Positions 12,901-26,100 of a DNA stretch of 64,000 nt are shown one piece after another. The stretch is taken from positions 1-64,000 of the forward strand of contig KZ538086.1 in assembly GCA_000934665.2 (NCBI GenBank), given 5' to 3'. The notes under the pieces were generated by a model that was not told where the DNA came from, searched no databases, and saw only the letters and a program-made list of their open reading frames with translations. Each line of letters begins with the position of its first letter. The stretch's first letter is position 1. Source of the DNA: Catajapyx aquilonaris. Lineage: Eukaryota. Made by a program: the position numbers and the translations under genes.

Positions 12901-15153
12901 ATTTCAAAAGACTGTGCTAAATTGCTTGCTGCGGTTTTCTTGGCTTTCCATAAATGTAATTAACGTGGTGCTGTAAGTTACCGTGGCCCGCAAGGATTAC
13001 TCCCAAGGTGGGGGGAGGGGGGGGGGCACCTCGAAGCTCTCGAGACGAACACCTTGATTTGTATGCCTCAGTGTGTGCTTGGCCCGGTGTTGACTTTTCG
13101 CCGGTCGCATCAACCAAGGGAAACTTCATTGTGCTTTTCTTCTGACTTTTGGATCACGCCCTGGCAGGCCAAGGCTCATGATAGATGTAGAAAATGGCCA
13201 TTGTTGGGCTAATTATTGGTACACTCTAAAGTCACTCGAGTATAATGCCAGCTAATTATTGATACCATACCGTACCGCCTTATTATAGTTTGGAATCCAG
13301 ATGGCACAAATTAATTTTGCGTTTGTTTACAAGTAAGGGGAGGGTGACAAATTGCGACAAGTCAGACTTGAGTAGAGCAGCAATGACGAGCAGGTGGGAC
13401 GTGTCACATGTTAGGAGCGTCAAACGGTGATGTAAACGGCGACAACTTAAACACTTACTATCGTGTACAGGCGCACTCGACTTGGAGCGTGAGTGGGTTG
13501 CGGCAGGTTTTTGATCCCCGGCGCTGAACAAGCTCTCTGGGCGCGTTGGAAATTTTTGAAGAGTAATCAGGAATGGGAAGGGTTGCAGCCCCCCTTCCCT
13601 TCCACCAATCCCCCACAGTTTTGCCAGGAGTTTTCGGTATGCTCAGCCTCCCCTTCCACCATGCTCACACTGGCAAGCCTTGAGAGCCAGCTCCCTATGA
13701 GCTTAATTGGGCGTATTTCACCAAACACGTCCCAAGTGCTGTTGGCAGCAGTACTCATCATGAAGAGCTTATCAAGACCGGGGCAAAATGTCCCACTCCA
13801 GGCCTCTCTCCCCGTTGGACTCGAGGTCTCACTGTTGATGGGATAGACCTCATTTGAACCGGAATGTTATTATTAAGTGGACATATTGCGCGTTATTTAT
13901 TCCGCGGGTGGAAGAATTAGGCTAATGAAGCATAGAGTTGACTCGTGGCGATAAGAAGCATTCTTCCTCGATACAGGGAGAATCTTCACCCTCCTCCTCC
14001 TGCCTTTGCTGTTGTGCAAACAGATCATCGGCTGGGTTGATGGGCGGCTGGGACGTTGCAGGCTCATTTGGAGGAAAACGCGGGCCCGCAGCACTGGATC
14101 TTGTTTACATCTATGCTTTGGGCTTGTTTCGTGGCAGCGCATATAAGCCGGGGTCATAAACGGGGGGGGTATTAGCATGGGAATTTTACTGTTTCAAATG
14201 CGAGGGTTATCCCGGTTCCGATTAAACGCGCGATAGCTTTGTCCATCGCTCCGTTTCGTTTGCAGCCAGGACTGTTTATTACCCTGGGAGAGAAGGCTGG
14301 GGTTGCAACTCTGATGGTGGAAAAAGGGGAGGGAGGTTGGGGGAATGGGAGAGGGAGTTGTGTGTGTGGCCATGGGAGGGGGAGAAACCACCGAACGTGA
14401 CGTTGCAAAGAAGATGTAGTGTACCTTTGTCGTCGGCTCTTTTCTCTATGCTAATCTGGAGATCATGCGCGAGATTTGAGCTAATAACTGGACGGGATGC
14501 GCTTTTGTGCATCGGATGTGATCCTGACCGTTGCACTTGAACAGAGGGGGCTATCATATTTCAGTCAGCCTAAAGTGGGGTGTGAACATATTGGCATGGC
14601 GACACAGGGGTTGGTAAAACAACACCAAGTGGTCGTTGAGTAGTGCGGCTCATAACACGCAGTGGCGGAGCTTGTCGACAGGCTTGTTACGGTATTCAGA
14701 GAGAGATGCCGAATATTTCTCCCCAACCGATGAAATTCAACTGTGCTTTATTGCAGTTGGCTGTGATTGTGCAGAAATTTCGATGCAGGGATGGACAATG
14801 CTATTCACCAATATGTTTTATTGCGGCGTAATGAATGGCCCACAATTTTGAAATTGCCGACGAGATAGCTGTTAATTATCTGGAAATGGAGAGAAAAAAA
14901 TTGCACAGGTGGAAGCCTACCGGAACCATCTGCGTGTGTGGAACATTATCAAAAATTGATGTGTACTATGCTAGGAATGTATAGGTCGCCACTTTTAACG
15001 TGAACTGTTGCCTACAATGGGATAAGAGGCATTTTTGTTATACTGTTGGATTTTAGGGCGTTTAATGAGTTCATCGTAAAATCTCGTCGAGATTGAGTGT
15101 GTTCGTTATTGACGGTCTTCAGTGATCAGAATTCCAGTTAGTAGTCTAATATT

Positions 15154-16613
15154 CAGGGTTGGCTGGTTTAAACCACGTTGATTTACACCATGGTTTAAAT
15201 CAAGTAGTTTTTTTAAATAAATCATCGTGGTTATTTAAAGAAAATTAATCCCAATTACTGCTAAAATTGACTTATTTATGTTACTGTTAAAATTAGCGAA
15301 ATTAAATCATTCAATAATATATTTAAGTTAACCTAATGTAGGGCCAGGTGGGGTAAAATGGGTAGTTTTAATACAGGGAGTACTTCCTTTGTTACTGACA
15401 CTACAGAGATGAAAAAAAGGGTCCTAAAATAATATTTTTATCCAGTTACATGCTTTGTGAATACACGAAATATTCTCAAATTTTATTTACATTTATTAGA
15501 TTGGTATAAATATTTTTTCACTAAGCTATAGGGAAAGGATTCATGAAGGGATATTATTATATAGGTATGAAATCGCTATTTTAATTTTCTTACTCGAGAT
15601 TTTTAAGGAAATATGGGTACAATGTGAATTTTATCCCATGGCATGAGTGCAATATTTTTGTTAAGAGCGTTTAATTTTTCATAAAATATTGAAAAGAGCA
15701 AGGCATTCTTCTTTCAATAAGCACATTGTATGAAGTAAAAAATTAATTATAATAAGGATATACATACATCCACTTAATTGAAATTGAACAACAAATAATA
15801 ATAAAATATGTTTCAATTGTCACGTTTCAATCAAAAAGTTCCCCTTGTCAAGAGTTACTTTTTGAGAATGAAGTCACGTCACAGGTTTCAACCTATGAGT
15901 TGCGGAAAAGTCAAAAGAATGATATTGATAAAATTTTAATGACAAGGTTTTTCTCATTATTGAAAAGTTGCTTACAGCCCAGGCTTCTTCAGAAAGTGTT
16001 GAAAGAACTTTTTGAATATAACATTTGGGTTAGTGATTCAAAAAATCGATTGGGCCCAGAGAAAGCATCTAAACTTGTGTTTAGTTTAGTTTAAAGATCA
16101 ATAGTGATGTGAAAACGTAAACATAAAATACAAACAGAAAAATGTTTATCACAAGATAAATAGTGTTTATACTTATTTTATCTTTTAATGTTGTAGGCAT
16201 AGAAGATAGAATGTTAGTGCTTTTTGAACTCAAGTTAAAAGTTTAGTTAATTAGTTTTAATATTTTACAGTATTATGCAATGCCACTATTTTGTTCTTTG
16301 TTTACTTATATTGTAACATTTAAGCAACATATCTGTATGAAATCTCTACATTGTAGTTCTCAAAATAATAGACTACCATATTTTGTGATACAGCTTTCAA
16401 TTTGCCAAATAATTATAATTTTGAGCAAGATACATTTTCTTAATCAATAGTATAACTTATTATTTAACGATATGCACTATGAGTTGAGAATGGGCATATG
16501 TATATGTCACAACTTGTTTAAATTAATTTAAACAAAATTTAAAATTTAACCTGGTTAAAAAACTGGTCTTTCGGTAAAGACAAAAAAAAAAAAAAAAAAA
16601 CTTTCCAACCCTG
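15154..16613 (+). mobile_element. Non-autonomous (internally deleted) hAT-superfamily DNA transposon, 1460 bp
   Basis: TIRs are CAGGGTTGG (15154-15162) and CCAACCCTG (16605-16613). A perfect 8-bp target-site duplication CTAATATT lies at 15146-15153 and 16614-16621. Subterminal GGTTTAAA-type repeats are present, there is a sharp shift to AT-rich composition, and a transposase remnant lies inside. An 8-bp TSD with CAG termini is typical of hAT. Confidence 0.92.
15962..16082 (+). pseudogene. Decayed hAT transposase C-terminal dimerisation domain fragment
   Basis: Translation across frameshifts and stops gives EKLLTAQASSESVERTF* / TFGLV / DSKNRLGPEKASKLVF. This matches the hAT C-terminal pattern 'ASSAxVERxFS..G......RNRL..EK..KLVF' (recognised by eye). 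Confidence 0.8.
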
Positions 16614-19600
16614 CTAATATTACATTTAGCATCACTGTTGAATCTGGATAATACATACCGGTATGATGGTGGGGTTTATGCACGATAAAAGTATTTTTGA
16701 ATTGTGTATCAATATGTTACTGGACTAACTGTGTGCCGACATTTTCCATTCGTTATCATCTGGAGTTTTTAGAATGACAAATTATGCAATCTGTCACCGT
16801 ATTAGGCCTATGCTGGTTTCACAATCAGGGATATCCCGCCCTAGGCTGTTAACTATTTAATGCGCGGTAAACTAGTAGTTTCCATGTCTCCCAGTCCCAC
16901 AATTATTTTTTATTATGAGTGTACATTATGCAGTGTGTATCAACTAATTTCAGACTCGCATATACAGGTACGTGTATATATGTTACTGAAATACCTTTCG
17001 CTCTAATTAATATTTCTTTCACCCCAGTCAAACATTTCCATATGTATCGTGTAGTGTTATTAACGCGATACATAAAAATGTCGGTCGCACTCGCCTTGAT
17101 GCAAGAAAAATTGATGATTGCGTTATTGGGGTCCACTTTTGGCAATTCCATTCGACGAACAGTGGTCATCAGTTGCGGAAATGTAGCAACTCGTTCTTAA
17201 AGGCGAGAAGAGGAATCCTTTGGCGCATTTGGTGCTCGCGGTCCATTTCCTTCAGGCAGCTCCGCCATAATATTTCACGCGGAATCCAATTTCTGACCAT
17301 TAGGGGTTACAACAGCCGGTCCGAGTTGTGACCATCGCCTGGTCGTTTTCTTGCTCACGGGATCTATTCACAGTTTGTCATGCAAGTCGTGAAAGCCATT
17401 TTTTGGGGGGTGGGGGTGGGGGAGAGAGACCAACCCCCTTCTCATTTTTCCTCTCTCCGCCCTCTCCTGCGGGCTCGTTTTCGTCGCTGGCCGAAAAATA
17501 ATTATCGAGGTCAGTAGCGGAAGATGGGAAATTGCGTGGATTTTTCGGCGCACGTAGGATCGTTGGGAAATATTGGCCTGACAGTTGATTCCAATTACAG
17601 CTCCGAGTCGTTAAAGGCCAAGATGATTGAGAAGTTGGAGGGTGTTTTTTTTCTTTCTTTCTTTCTTTCTTTTACTTCTTCCTGCTGTTGTGGATGGGAT
17701 GGTCCACGTATAGGTAGGTGTGCTGCAGGAGGAAGCGCCCTCTCATCAGATTTTTCCAGTGACAAATGTTTCGAATTTTCAAGAAGGCGAGAGGGAGGAA
17801 GAAGAAAGGTTAAGGAAGCTATAGTCGAGGATTTTGCCGACTTATCGAAATTTTCTTCCTCCGTTGTCTTTCATTCCCGACATGTTTCCACCGTCTGAGG
17901 CTTGCATACCATCCTGGGTCTGGTTTTTGCTGACTCTGATCTCCGCGTTCTGCTTTTCGGGTTGCCGCTTTGAGCTGCTCTTTTTCCGCCCGAACGCTGT
18001 CGATGCTTGTTGTGAGGGAGGGAGGGAGGGAGGGAGGGGTATCCAGTTTCCTTCAAATCAGAAGCTGCTTGGGTACGTGGCAAAAGGGTGTGGGTGGGGG
18101 GACGGAGAAGATTATCGTTTGAAGCAATCCGGAAGTTTAGACAGCACGAATTATTACGTAATTCGGGCGCCTAGCACATAATGGCTGGTCATTACATGTG
18201 TCTCGGTGACGTTTCTCGGCATTAACGCGGTCCTTTTATAGAAGCACGCACCTGCTTGTTATCAGCTATATGGCAAGAGATTAAGTGGGAGGAAAAAGTG
18301 AGCTTTGATAACCACTCTGTCTTGTGCATAGCAACTGTCATCCTTTTCCTCACGCTAACGTCGAGGCACATGCGTCCGGGCTGGTAACAGCGTTCTCGAA
18401 TGCAAACAGAAAGCCCGGGAGGTGGTGGTGGAAGGAGGAGAGGGGAGGGTGGAGAGTGGGGAAAAGCCTTAGGAAGTTGTTTGGTGGTTTCCGCGTGGTT
18501 TTAACCCAGCAGGCGTTGACCTCTTAATGACTTGTCCAAAGTCGAGGCAAGTTGTCTCAATGAAAGCGACTTGACTCCCTCCTTCTGTTTCTGTGGCAGT
18601 TTGCATAATAGAAATCGGAGGCCGACTGCGCTTCTTGCCTTTGTCTTGGCTCAAGCGACGTCAATACCCCCTACCCCCAAGTCACCCTCTCTCTCAGGAG
18701 AAGAGAAGAGCCGCCGTTTCATTTCCTGCTCTCGTTTACGCCAAACTCTCACTTTATAGTCGTGCCCAACTTCATTTTTTTATCGTGTTTCGTTACGGAG
18801 AATTCGCAGTTAAAGGTGCTTACGATCCCAGGGGGATGCTGCAGACGTCAGCCCATAATCATTATTCATGCACGATGCTCAGTTTTCTCGGTCACAGCAG
18901 CAGCTTCAAACGCCGGAGGAGGGACCCGAGTCAGACCCGGGTGCGCTTCTGTCCTCGGGCTGCAGGAAATATTTAGAGGAATAAGGATAGGGGGTGGAGG
19001 AGGGGGAGGAGAGGAAAATGTATTTTGGTCCGAACCTCTGGAAACATGTCAGCTACACATCTGGCGTCAGGAGCAATGCGATTCCTGGCAGTTAAACTGG
19101 AATGAAACAACCGAGATTGCGGAGAGGGGGTTTGTAGGCACAATGCGAAAGGGGAGGGGGGATGAGGCAGCTGCTTGGTTTCCAGGCAGGTGGGTAAGCC
19201 TTGGGTCGGGATATGTGGGGAGAAAAAGAGCAAGAGGGGCATAAGAAACACTCATCGTCGTCAGAATTTCAAGTCTTTCCTGTCGTGGATAGCGTTGACC
19301 GAAGGCACTGCATTAAGACAAGTGCTTGGCGGGACAACTACTTTGCAGGAGGATTATTTCCTCTCATATTTGGTTTTTTTTGTTGTTGTGGGGGATACTA
19401 GGTATTTAAAGAGTGAGCCAGGGTGATCCTCGTAGCTCATCCGAATTGATGCAGGCCAATAAGTTTTGCTGAAAATATCAGGAAACTGGAATATGGTAAT
19501 CGAGACCATCGAGGGGCCAGTCAGGATGCTAAAGCTAAATAACTCATATAATGTATTCTAAGTACAGTACCGGTATACGTGGCATATGCAAATAAGCCAG

Positions 19601-19685
19601 GAATATTACGACAATCCCACATAATTATCACAAAGAGCAAAAATTCTTACGCGCACTTTTTCAACTGTACTATGAACTACATTTA

Positions 19686-19720
19686 TCAGTTTGCATATGA
19701 CTTCGTACGCTGGAGGTTGT
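19686..19720 (+). promoter_or_regulatory. Candidate Inr + DPE core promoter (putative TSS at A 19688)
   Basis: TCAGTT (Inr consensus TCAKTY) at 19686-19691. GGTTGT (DPE consensus RGWYVT) at 19715-19720, exactly +28 to +33 from the Inr A. It lies 280 nt upstream of the candidate coding exon. Confidence 0.35.
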
Positions 19721-19967
19721 TTGTCCACACATGGCTATTCCTGTACCATATGGAATTCCCATCCACATATCAGCACCTGGCTTCCCAAAGCAGTAGGCGT
19801 GGCGAAAACGAGTTTTCTTTGTACAGTGTTGTACTCCCGAGCGCACAGGAGCCTGCCTTGGGGGCTAAGATTCACGTAACGACTCACTCTCGATTCGGCC
19901 GTCGCGGTTACCCGTTCGGAGTGCCCCAACACACAACACCTGGAGGAGCATGGAAGTTACGAGTTAA

Positions 19968-20112
19968 ATGGGAGGAAGCAGAGGAAAGTCCGCCAAGAAC
20001 TCGGGAGGAAAAAAGAAGCGCCCTGGTCAGAGCGGAAGCCAGGGCTGCTCTTCCAAGAAGGCCCGTAAGAACGCAGAGGTCCAAATGGACCCAGTTGAAG
20101 CGGAAGGAGGTG
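19968..20112 (+). CDS. Candidate alternative first coding exon: MGGSRGKSAKNSGGKKKRPGQSGSQGCSSKKARKNAEVQMDPVEAEGG (48 codons + 1 nt, phase-1 donor)
   Basis: ATG in a ttAAATGG context with an in-frame TAA immediately before it. The frame stays open to a donor GTG|GTAAGT at 20113-20118. The sequence is purine-rich and exon-like, without the long G/C runs seen elsewhere. A possible upstream acceptor ttttctttgtacAG ends at 19826. No homologue recognised. Confidence 0.4.
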
Positions 20113-23100
20113 GTAAGTAGCCTTTACAGCTCTTACGTCATAAGTGGAGACTATTTCCACTGCATGCAAAGAGCATAAAACGGGGCAACTGCCATCTAAA
20201 GTAATGCAATATGAAACTGCCCCCCGTCCTTATAAAAAAAGGAGGGGAAAAAACCTCGGACGGAATGGTTGGTTTAATAGAATGACAGGAATAGTAATGC
20301 ATTTCTATTCGCTTGTTCCGGGGCCCCCCAGTCGTAACTTTCAGGACTAGCTCTTGGGACTCACAGACAAAAGATAAACACTAAAGCCAATTTATTTATG
20401 AAGTATAAAAAGAGGACGAACAAAGATCATGAATTTCAACTGGAGAAGAAAAACGGCAGGCTGTAAGAAGGCTCGGCAGATTTGTGCATCTTTCACGAGT
20501 GGAAATAACTTTAAACCGACGAGACCATGGGATCTGGCAAGGCTGACTTGGGGAGCGTTTAGGGATGGGCTCGAGACGCTATCAGTTAGGATTTTCTTGT
20601 CCGGGACTTTTCACTTCTGGGAGGGGGGCCAGGGAGGGGGGAGGGGGTCACTTGTTGACTGCAGTCTCTAGAGCCGTGTACTTGCACATTTGGTACGGAG
20701 CTGCAAGAGATGGAGGTTTTAAAAAAAGAAAGAGGGAAAAAATCGGACAAGGTGGAGCAGGAGCAGCAAATGGAGGCCATCTCGTAACATGGCGGGCCCA
20801 CCTTGTTTGCAATGACGGGTTCCATCATCGCCGGACTCCTGGAGCCAATTTGACTGAATGGCGATTGGCGGCCATCACGTTTTTGGGAGATGTGCAAGAT
20901 AGGACTGCTCTTGGCGGCTGGTGCTCTCATCCTTTGGAACCCCAGCCCGCCCACTTTCGTTCAAGCACGGGCTTTCAAAAATGGTCGGAAGGTGGGACCC
21001 AAGTTTTCGCGGACGTAATATTGTCGTTTTGCGCTTAGTGCAGATGTGCGCATACCGAGCTCATAATTAACCTCTGAATTGTTTGGAGAAATAGAGAGGG
21101 GAAGAAAGTTTTTATATAAGACGAGAGATTGTGAGATTTCAGAGGGGTTTATTTGGCATTGAAGCTACCACAAGCGTGAGGGAAATTGCCTGTAATATGC
21201 CCGTATGTTTCTCCTTTCATTCATTATGCCCCCTCTTGAAGCTGAGAGCCATGAGGAGACACCCCCCTTATTTTTGTGTAATGAGGTCAGATGTTCTGGT
21301 CAAGCCAATAGTAAACATTCTCTTTAGTTTACTGTCGAATGTTTGGCAATGTTACCGTATAAATTAATTATGTATATCATAATTATCTAAACTGGTTATG
21401 TGGACTCCGCCAGCTATTCAGGAATTGAGGCCTATTGTGGAAATTGCGGCATTGTTTGCACAAGAGCTTGAGCTAGGGGCATGTGGAACAAAATTAATAC
21501 TTAACATCTGTGAAGGAGCAGGCTGTGGTGGTATTATCATCATACAAAATTTGATAGGAGAAAGCACAGAGCTTAGGTAAATACCTTTTACTAAATTATT
21601 GGTTCAAGACCATGAACTCATTTTGTTCAGTGCTTTTAGGATGAGGATTACAGGTGCATACATTTACTGAAAATGTTAGGTGTTGCCTTTAATGGGACTA
21701 GCCGAGGATGGGGCAATGAGCGTGAGTATATTCCACATAGGAGGTCTTAATGTACTGCCCTTGGCTATTGTGAAATGAGAGAATTTATAATTTTTTAAAG
21801 TAATGCGAACCCTGGTTGAGCAATTTGCCGTGCGTATAACTTAATGCACGCTTCACTTCACCATGAACATGATTTGCACTATGGGGAATTCAGGCATTTA
21901 AGGTCACGAATAGTAATGAAACAGATATTCGCATGTGTGTGTTTCAAGCAAGTCGCAATACCATGACGGATATTCATTTCTTAAACGGCGAAGAAGAGGG
22001 AACACGAGAAACTTTTTTTTTTCCACCCCTCTTCCCTTCCCTTCACGTTGAGGTAGATGGAGAGTTGTTATTGGCAAAATGAGATTGCGGCTCCTTCCAA
22101 TATCTTCCGGGTGCAGGAAACGACACATCACTGGGACACGCCGTTAGACAAACTGCTTCTGGAGACGAGGCAAGATGTCCCCGGTGCACCGCTCGTCGTG
22201 ACGACAAGAGTGGAAGGGAAACATAATATCACAAAAAAAACGGGGTCCAGACTCAACCACTTTTTCTAGGTGCAGAATACACTGCTACATTTGTCCATGA
22301 TAAAAATGGCACGCTTACTTCTATTTCTCCCTTAATTTGTTTAGTTCTGTCTTCTGGTGTCATCGCTTGTTATTTGTGCGAACCGGTTGAAAGGTCTATA
22401 ATTGGGTGATGGTGAACACGGGGCGTTATAGTTGTGCCGAGGCACAGCTCTAATTTATAATCACGCGGGGCGTATGTTTTATCAGGGGTAATATTTGGGC
22501 CGGAAAATATGTGTACATCAGTGGGCCTATAACCCCTTTGGGGATGTATGAAATTCATGAATTCCGCATAGTAGCCCGGGAGTGAACATCTGTAGTCCAT
22601 TGAGCGAAGGTCGTAACCGCGGGCAAATCACTTTAATATCTGTCATCGAAACATTTAGTATTGTCATTCGCGCGTTATGTGTCTGGTTACATCTATCTGG
22701 CACCCCTCTGGTTATGCAGGTCCGCTGGTGCAGCTAACAGCCATTAACCTGTGCAAGTGCGGCGTGTCGCCAGGAGTAGGCCACCGCTGATGCCTGTACT
22801 GTATACGTATACGCAGAGCACAACGGGAGAGGGGAGGTGTGGAGATAGGCGGTTTAGTAATGTCCGTGAGAGTGGTCGTCTGGCGAATCTTAGGGGTGGT
22901 CCCTCACCCATCCAGCCGGCTATGGATCATTTAGGGCCCAGCATTTATTTAGGCAAGGATGTGCAACACAACAACGGGGTGTTGTAAGGCTCTCAGGCCC
23001 AGAGGCCTTTCCATCACAGTAGGGGGGAATGGGCCCATTGCTGTATTGCGGACCGGGGCGTTATGGTGAGTTATTAGCGAATAAAATGGGTGGGTAATGG

Positions 23101-26100
23101 CCCGCCATGCATGTTCACTTGGCCAATATGCAGATGCCATGTACCTGGACTGCGAGGTAAGTTGCCCCAGGAGGCACGTATTTTTCCCTTTTTTTTGTTG
23201 CACCCTGCCGGACCCCCTTCCCCGCCCGCCCCCACGCTCGTCATTGTGGCCAAGGTGGTCGGCGACCGATGGGCCCCGGAATGGCGCATAAACCGAACGC
23301 TGGTGGCCTGACTTCTGGCTGTTATGATGCCAAGTGCACCGTCCCGGAGGTAATTGAATCGGAATATGATGCTCCGTCGGCGGCCAGCACGTTTGTATCC
23401 CCAAAACTCCCACTGCATGTTTTTTGGTGTGTGGGGGCAGGCCGCCCCCTCGCTAATGGCTGCGGAATGGTCGATTATTCTTCGGAAATGCATCTGTAAC
23501 TTGATGCCGCTGGCAAGCATTAATTGCCCCCGTCCGGTTATGTCTAGCTCTGCCCGCCCGATTTATTCCGGGGCGCTGACACCCACCGGTTGTTGCGGAT
23601 TACACTGCCCACCATCACAGGCACTGCTGGTTCGCGCTAGCCAGCAGGCAGAAGAATGGTATAGGGCCCCCACATTCAGTCTTTGCGGGTATGGATAAAA
23701 TCGGGCGAAAAAGTAAGCCGAGTGTGAATGGAAAAGGGCCCTTTTTTTTCGTGGACGGCCAGGCAAGCCAGCTAGGCAGGCAGGCAGCATGTGACTAGTG
23801 GGGGTGAAGAACTCTTAATTACGCAGCTCCCACGATGGAAGCCATCCGTCATGGCCTCCATGACAGCTCCATGATGAGCCGTCAGGCCAGGAACGGCAAT
23901 ATTGGAACCTCTTCAAGCCCCGGAGCCGCCACCTTTGGAAAATTAGCCTTCTGCTGCCAGACTGCTGAGGCCTGAGGCTTACGCTCCGAGGTCAGGTTGC
24001 AAAGGAAGACCGCTTGTGATGGACTACAACTGCAACCGACGTCTCCATTTTGAAGTACTTCTGACGGCTTGCGTGGAATGTTGCGTTTTAGCAGGGCTCG
24101 CTCCTGCTGCTGTCTTGCGGCCGCCACAACGAGGAAGCACCGGGCCCTTCCTACACACTCCTTCACACCCGCCAGGTGGAAATCTGACAGCGAAACACTC
24201 TATCGCGTGATCATTGCACAATGGCGTCGCATCCACTTCCCCCTTTACACTTGTCTTTCGCTCAAGTGCGAGCCTTCGCAGATAGGCCTGGCCTTCCCTC
24301 TGTCTTGTCTACCAGCCCCTGATGTGGCGTCGCAGCTCTCCGCCTTGGCCATTTTCAGTTATTAATGGCTATTGTATTTACATAGACCCAGTTTCTGGCA
24401 AAATCCCACGAGAGAAACATTTCCGCCTCCTGGGAGGGAAAAAAGTTGCGTGTAGTGAATATTCATAAGGGGTCGTTTAGATGTCTTTTCTAGAAATTAA
24501 GAAAAGTGAAGTTACATCACCAAAGCAAAGGACTGGGGGAAAAAAGAGGCTTGGTTTCTGCATTGTGTAAACCAGTTGTCTGGGATTTTTGTAAAGTTTG
24601 TAGGTTACGAGAAAAAGCAATGCAAACACATACTGGTGTGAAAATTGGAAATTGCAATGACGCCAAGTGTGCATTATTGCAAACTCACTGTTATCTTATC
24701 ATCACCATAATCATCATACATAACACATTATACCCTGTAAGGAGCAGTCAGTGAATATGAAAAAGACGCAAATTAACCACAAAGACGTACATTCAGGAAC
24801 GGCTGTTCCCTCGCTATGATAATATTGTATTGAAAATGACTATTACTTGCTCAGCCGTTATTTTTGGCACACATACGTGACTGACCGTTAGCCTTGCTTA
24901 AGTTTTAGTTACACTTTTCTCAATTGATATTATGGCACCAGCCGTGAATTTAATAATATTGTTTAACGGTGCCTGTAGTGTTTTAACGTGTTAATCTGGA
25001 AGCGCCGAGGAAATGCAGGAGCAATGTAAAAACCTACTTTTGCGATGTAAGTGACGCCACAAAGCCATAATTTAAACGTCGATTATTTATACCTGTACGC
25101 TCTTTAGGACCCAAATACGGTTTTACGATTCCAAACCGTGCATTTTTGATACAGTAGATGGAGCGAACTACCCAGTTAACATTAACGTAAAATTTCAAAG
25201 CCCGGGCCATAAAAATGTGCGGTAATTTTACGACAGGATTTGCTCTCCCATGCATGATAATACATGCGCACACACATACTTGCCATCGTTATCTCAAAGT
25301 CACGCCAGTTTGAAATCGCTCATTTCCATGAACGGTCGCGACTTCCCCTCCCTACCCCCGCCCCTCTCCCCTTGCGAGGTTTGAAAGTGACGTTTCGTCT
25401 TTTATCTGTGTGGGCAGGGGTCCTGTTGCCGCCCGAGCACTCTAATGTAATGTGAGCCGTAATGTTCCGTGTTGACAATAACTAGTGGCGAAGAGGTCGG
25501 TACAGAAATCCTCGGGAGCTGGAGAGGATCGCGTTTTACAGAACTCAATCAGCCTGCACTCATTTTGCGCCGGGGAAACAAACACACATCCTTGTTTCTG
25601 CGAATTGTGAACCAGCCTTGATCATCTGGTTTTCACATTTTTGGTCATCTCTCTCTCTCTCTTCTTATAGAAAAGGGTTTCTTGCCACCCAGCCTGATGC
25701 ATTTTTCGATATTACCTGAGCTCCTCGTCTCCCCTTCTATACCCAGCGCAGCTCTGTACAGCGCATTAAATAATTGTGCATATTTAAATAAATTTACTTC
25801 GACGACGTTTCATGAGAGAGATGCTGCAGTGATTGGTTTTACCGAGCTGCCCAGGGTGTGCCTTGGGTGCAGCCACCCATGCACATAGTCTTGCACTGTG
25901 GATATGTTCATAATGTTGCAGACCCTTGAATTGATGACTGATGCAAATGCAGGGTTTCCATTGGCAACCGTCGTGGTTGGCATACACTGCCAATTGGTTG
26001 CAGGTTGTGTGGGTGTGTAGTACACCTTGCCATGTTATTCCGGACGCACAGTTTTGCAAACTGTGTAGTTTCCGATAACGTTGCATGGCGGTCGTTCCGC

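Noticed and set aside
16582..16600. A19 run as a retrotransposon poly(A) tail
   Set aside because: It lies inside the right TIR of the hAT element, and the TSD flanks the TIRs rather than the A run.
19579..20178. 199-aa ORF in the track
   Set aside because: It starts at a non-ATG codon and has no recognisable domain. The exon-like signal in this region lies in a different frame (19968-20112).
23150..23162. Strong isolated donor GAG|GTAAGT
   Set aside because: No convincing acceptor or coding frame was found upstream. Isolated donor hexamers are expected by chance in 64 kb.
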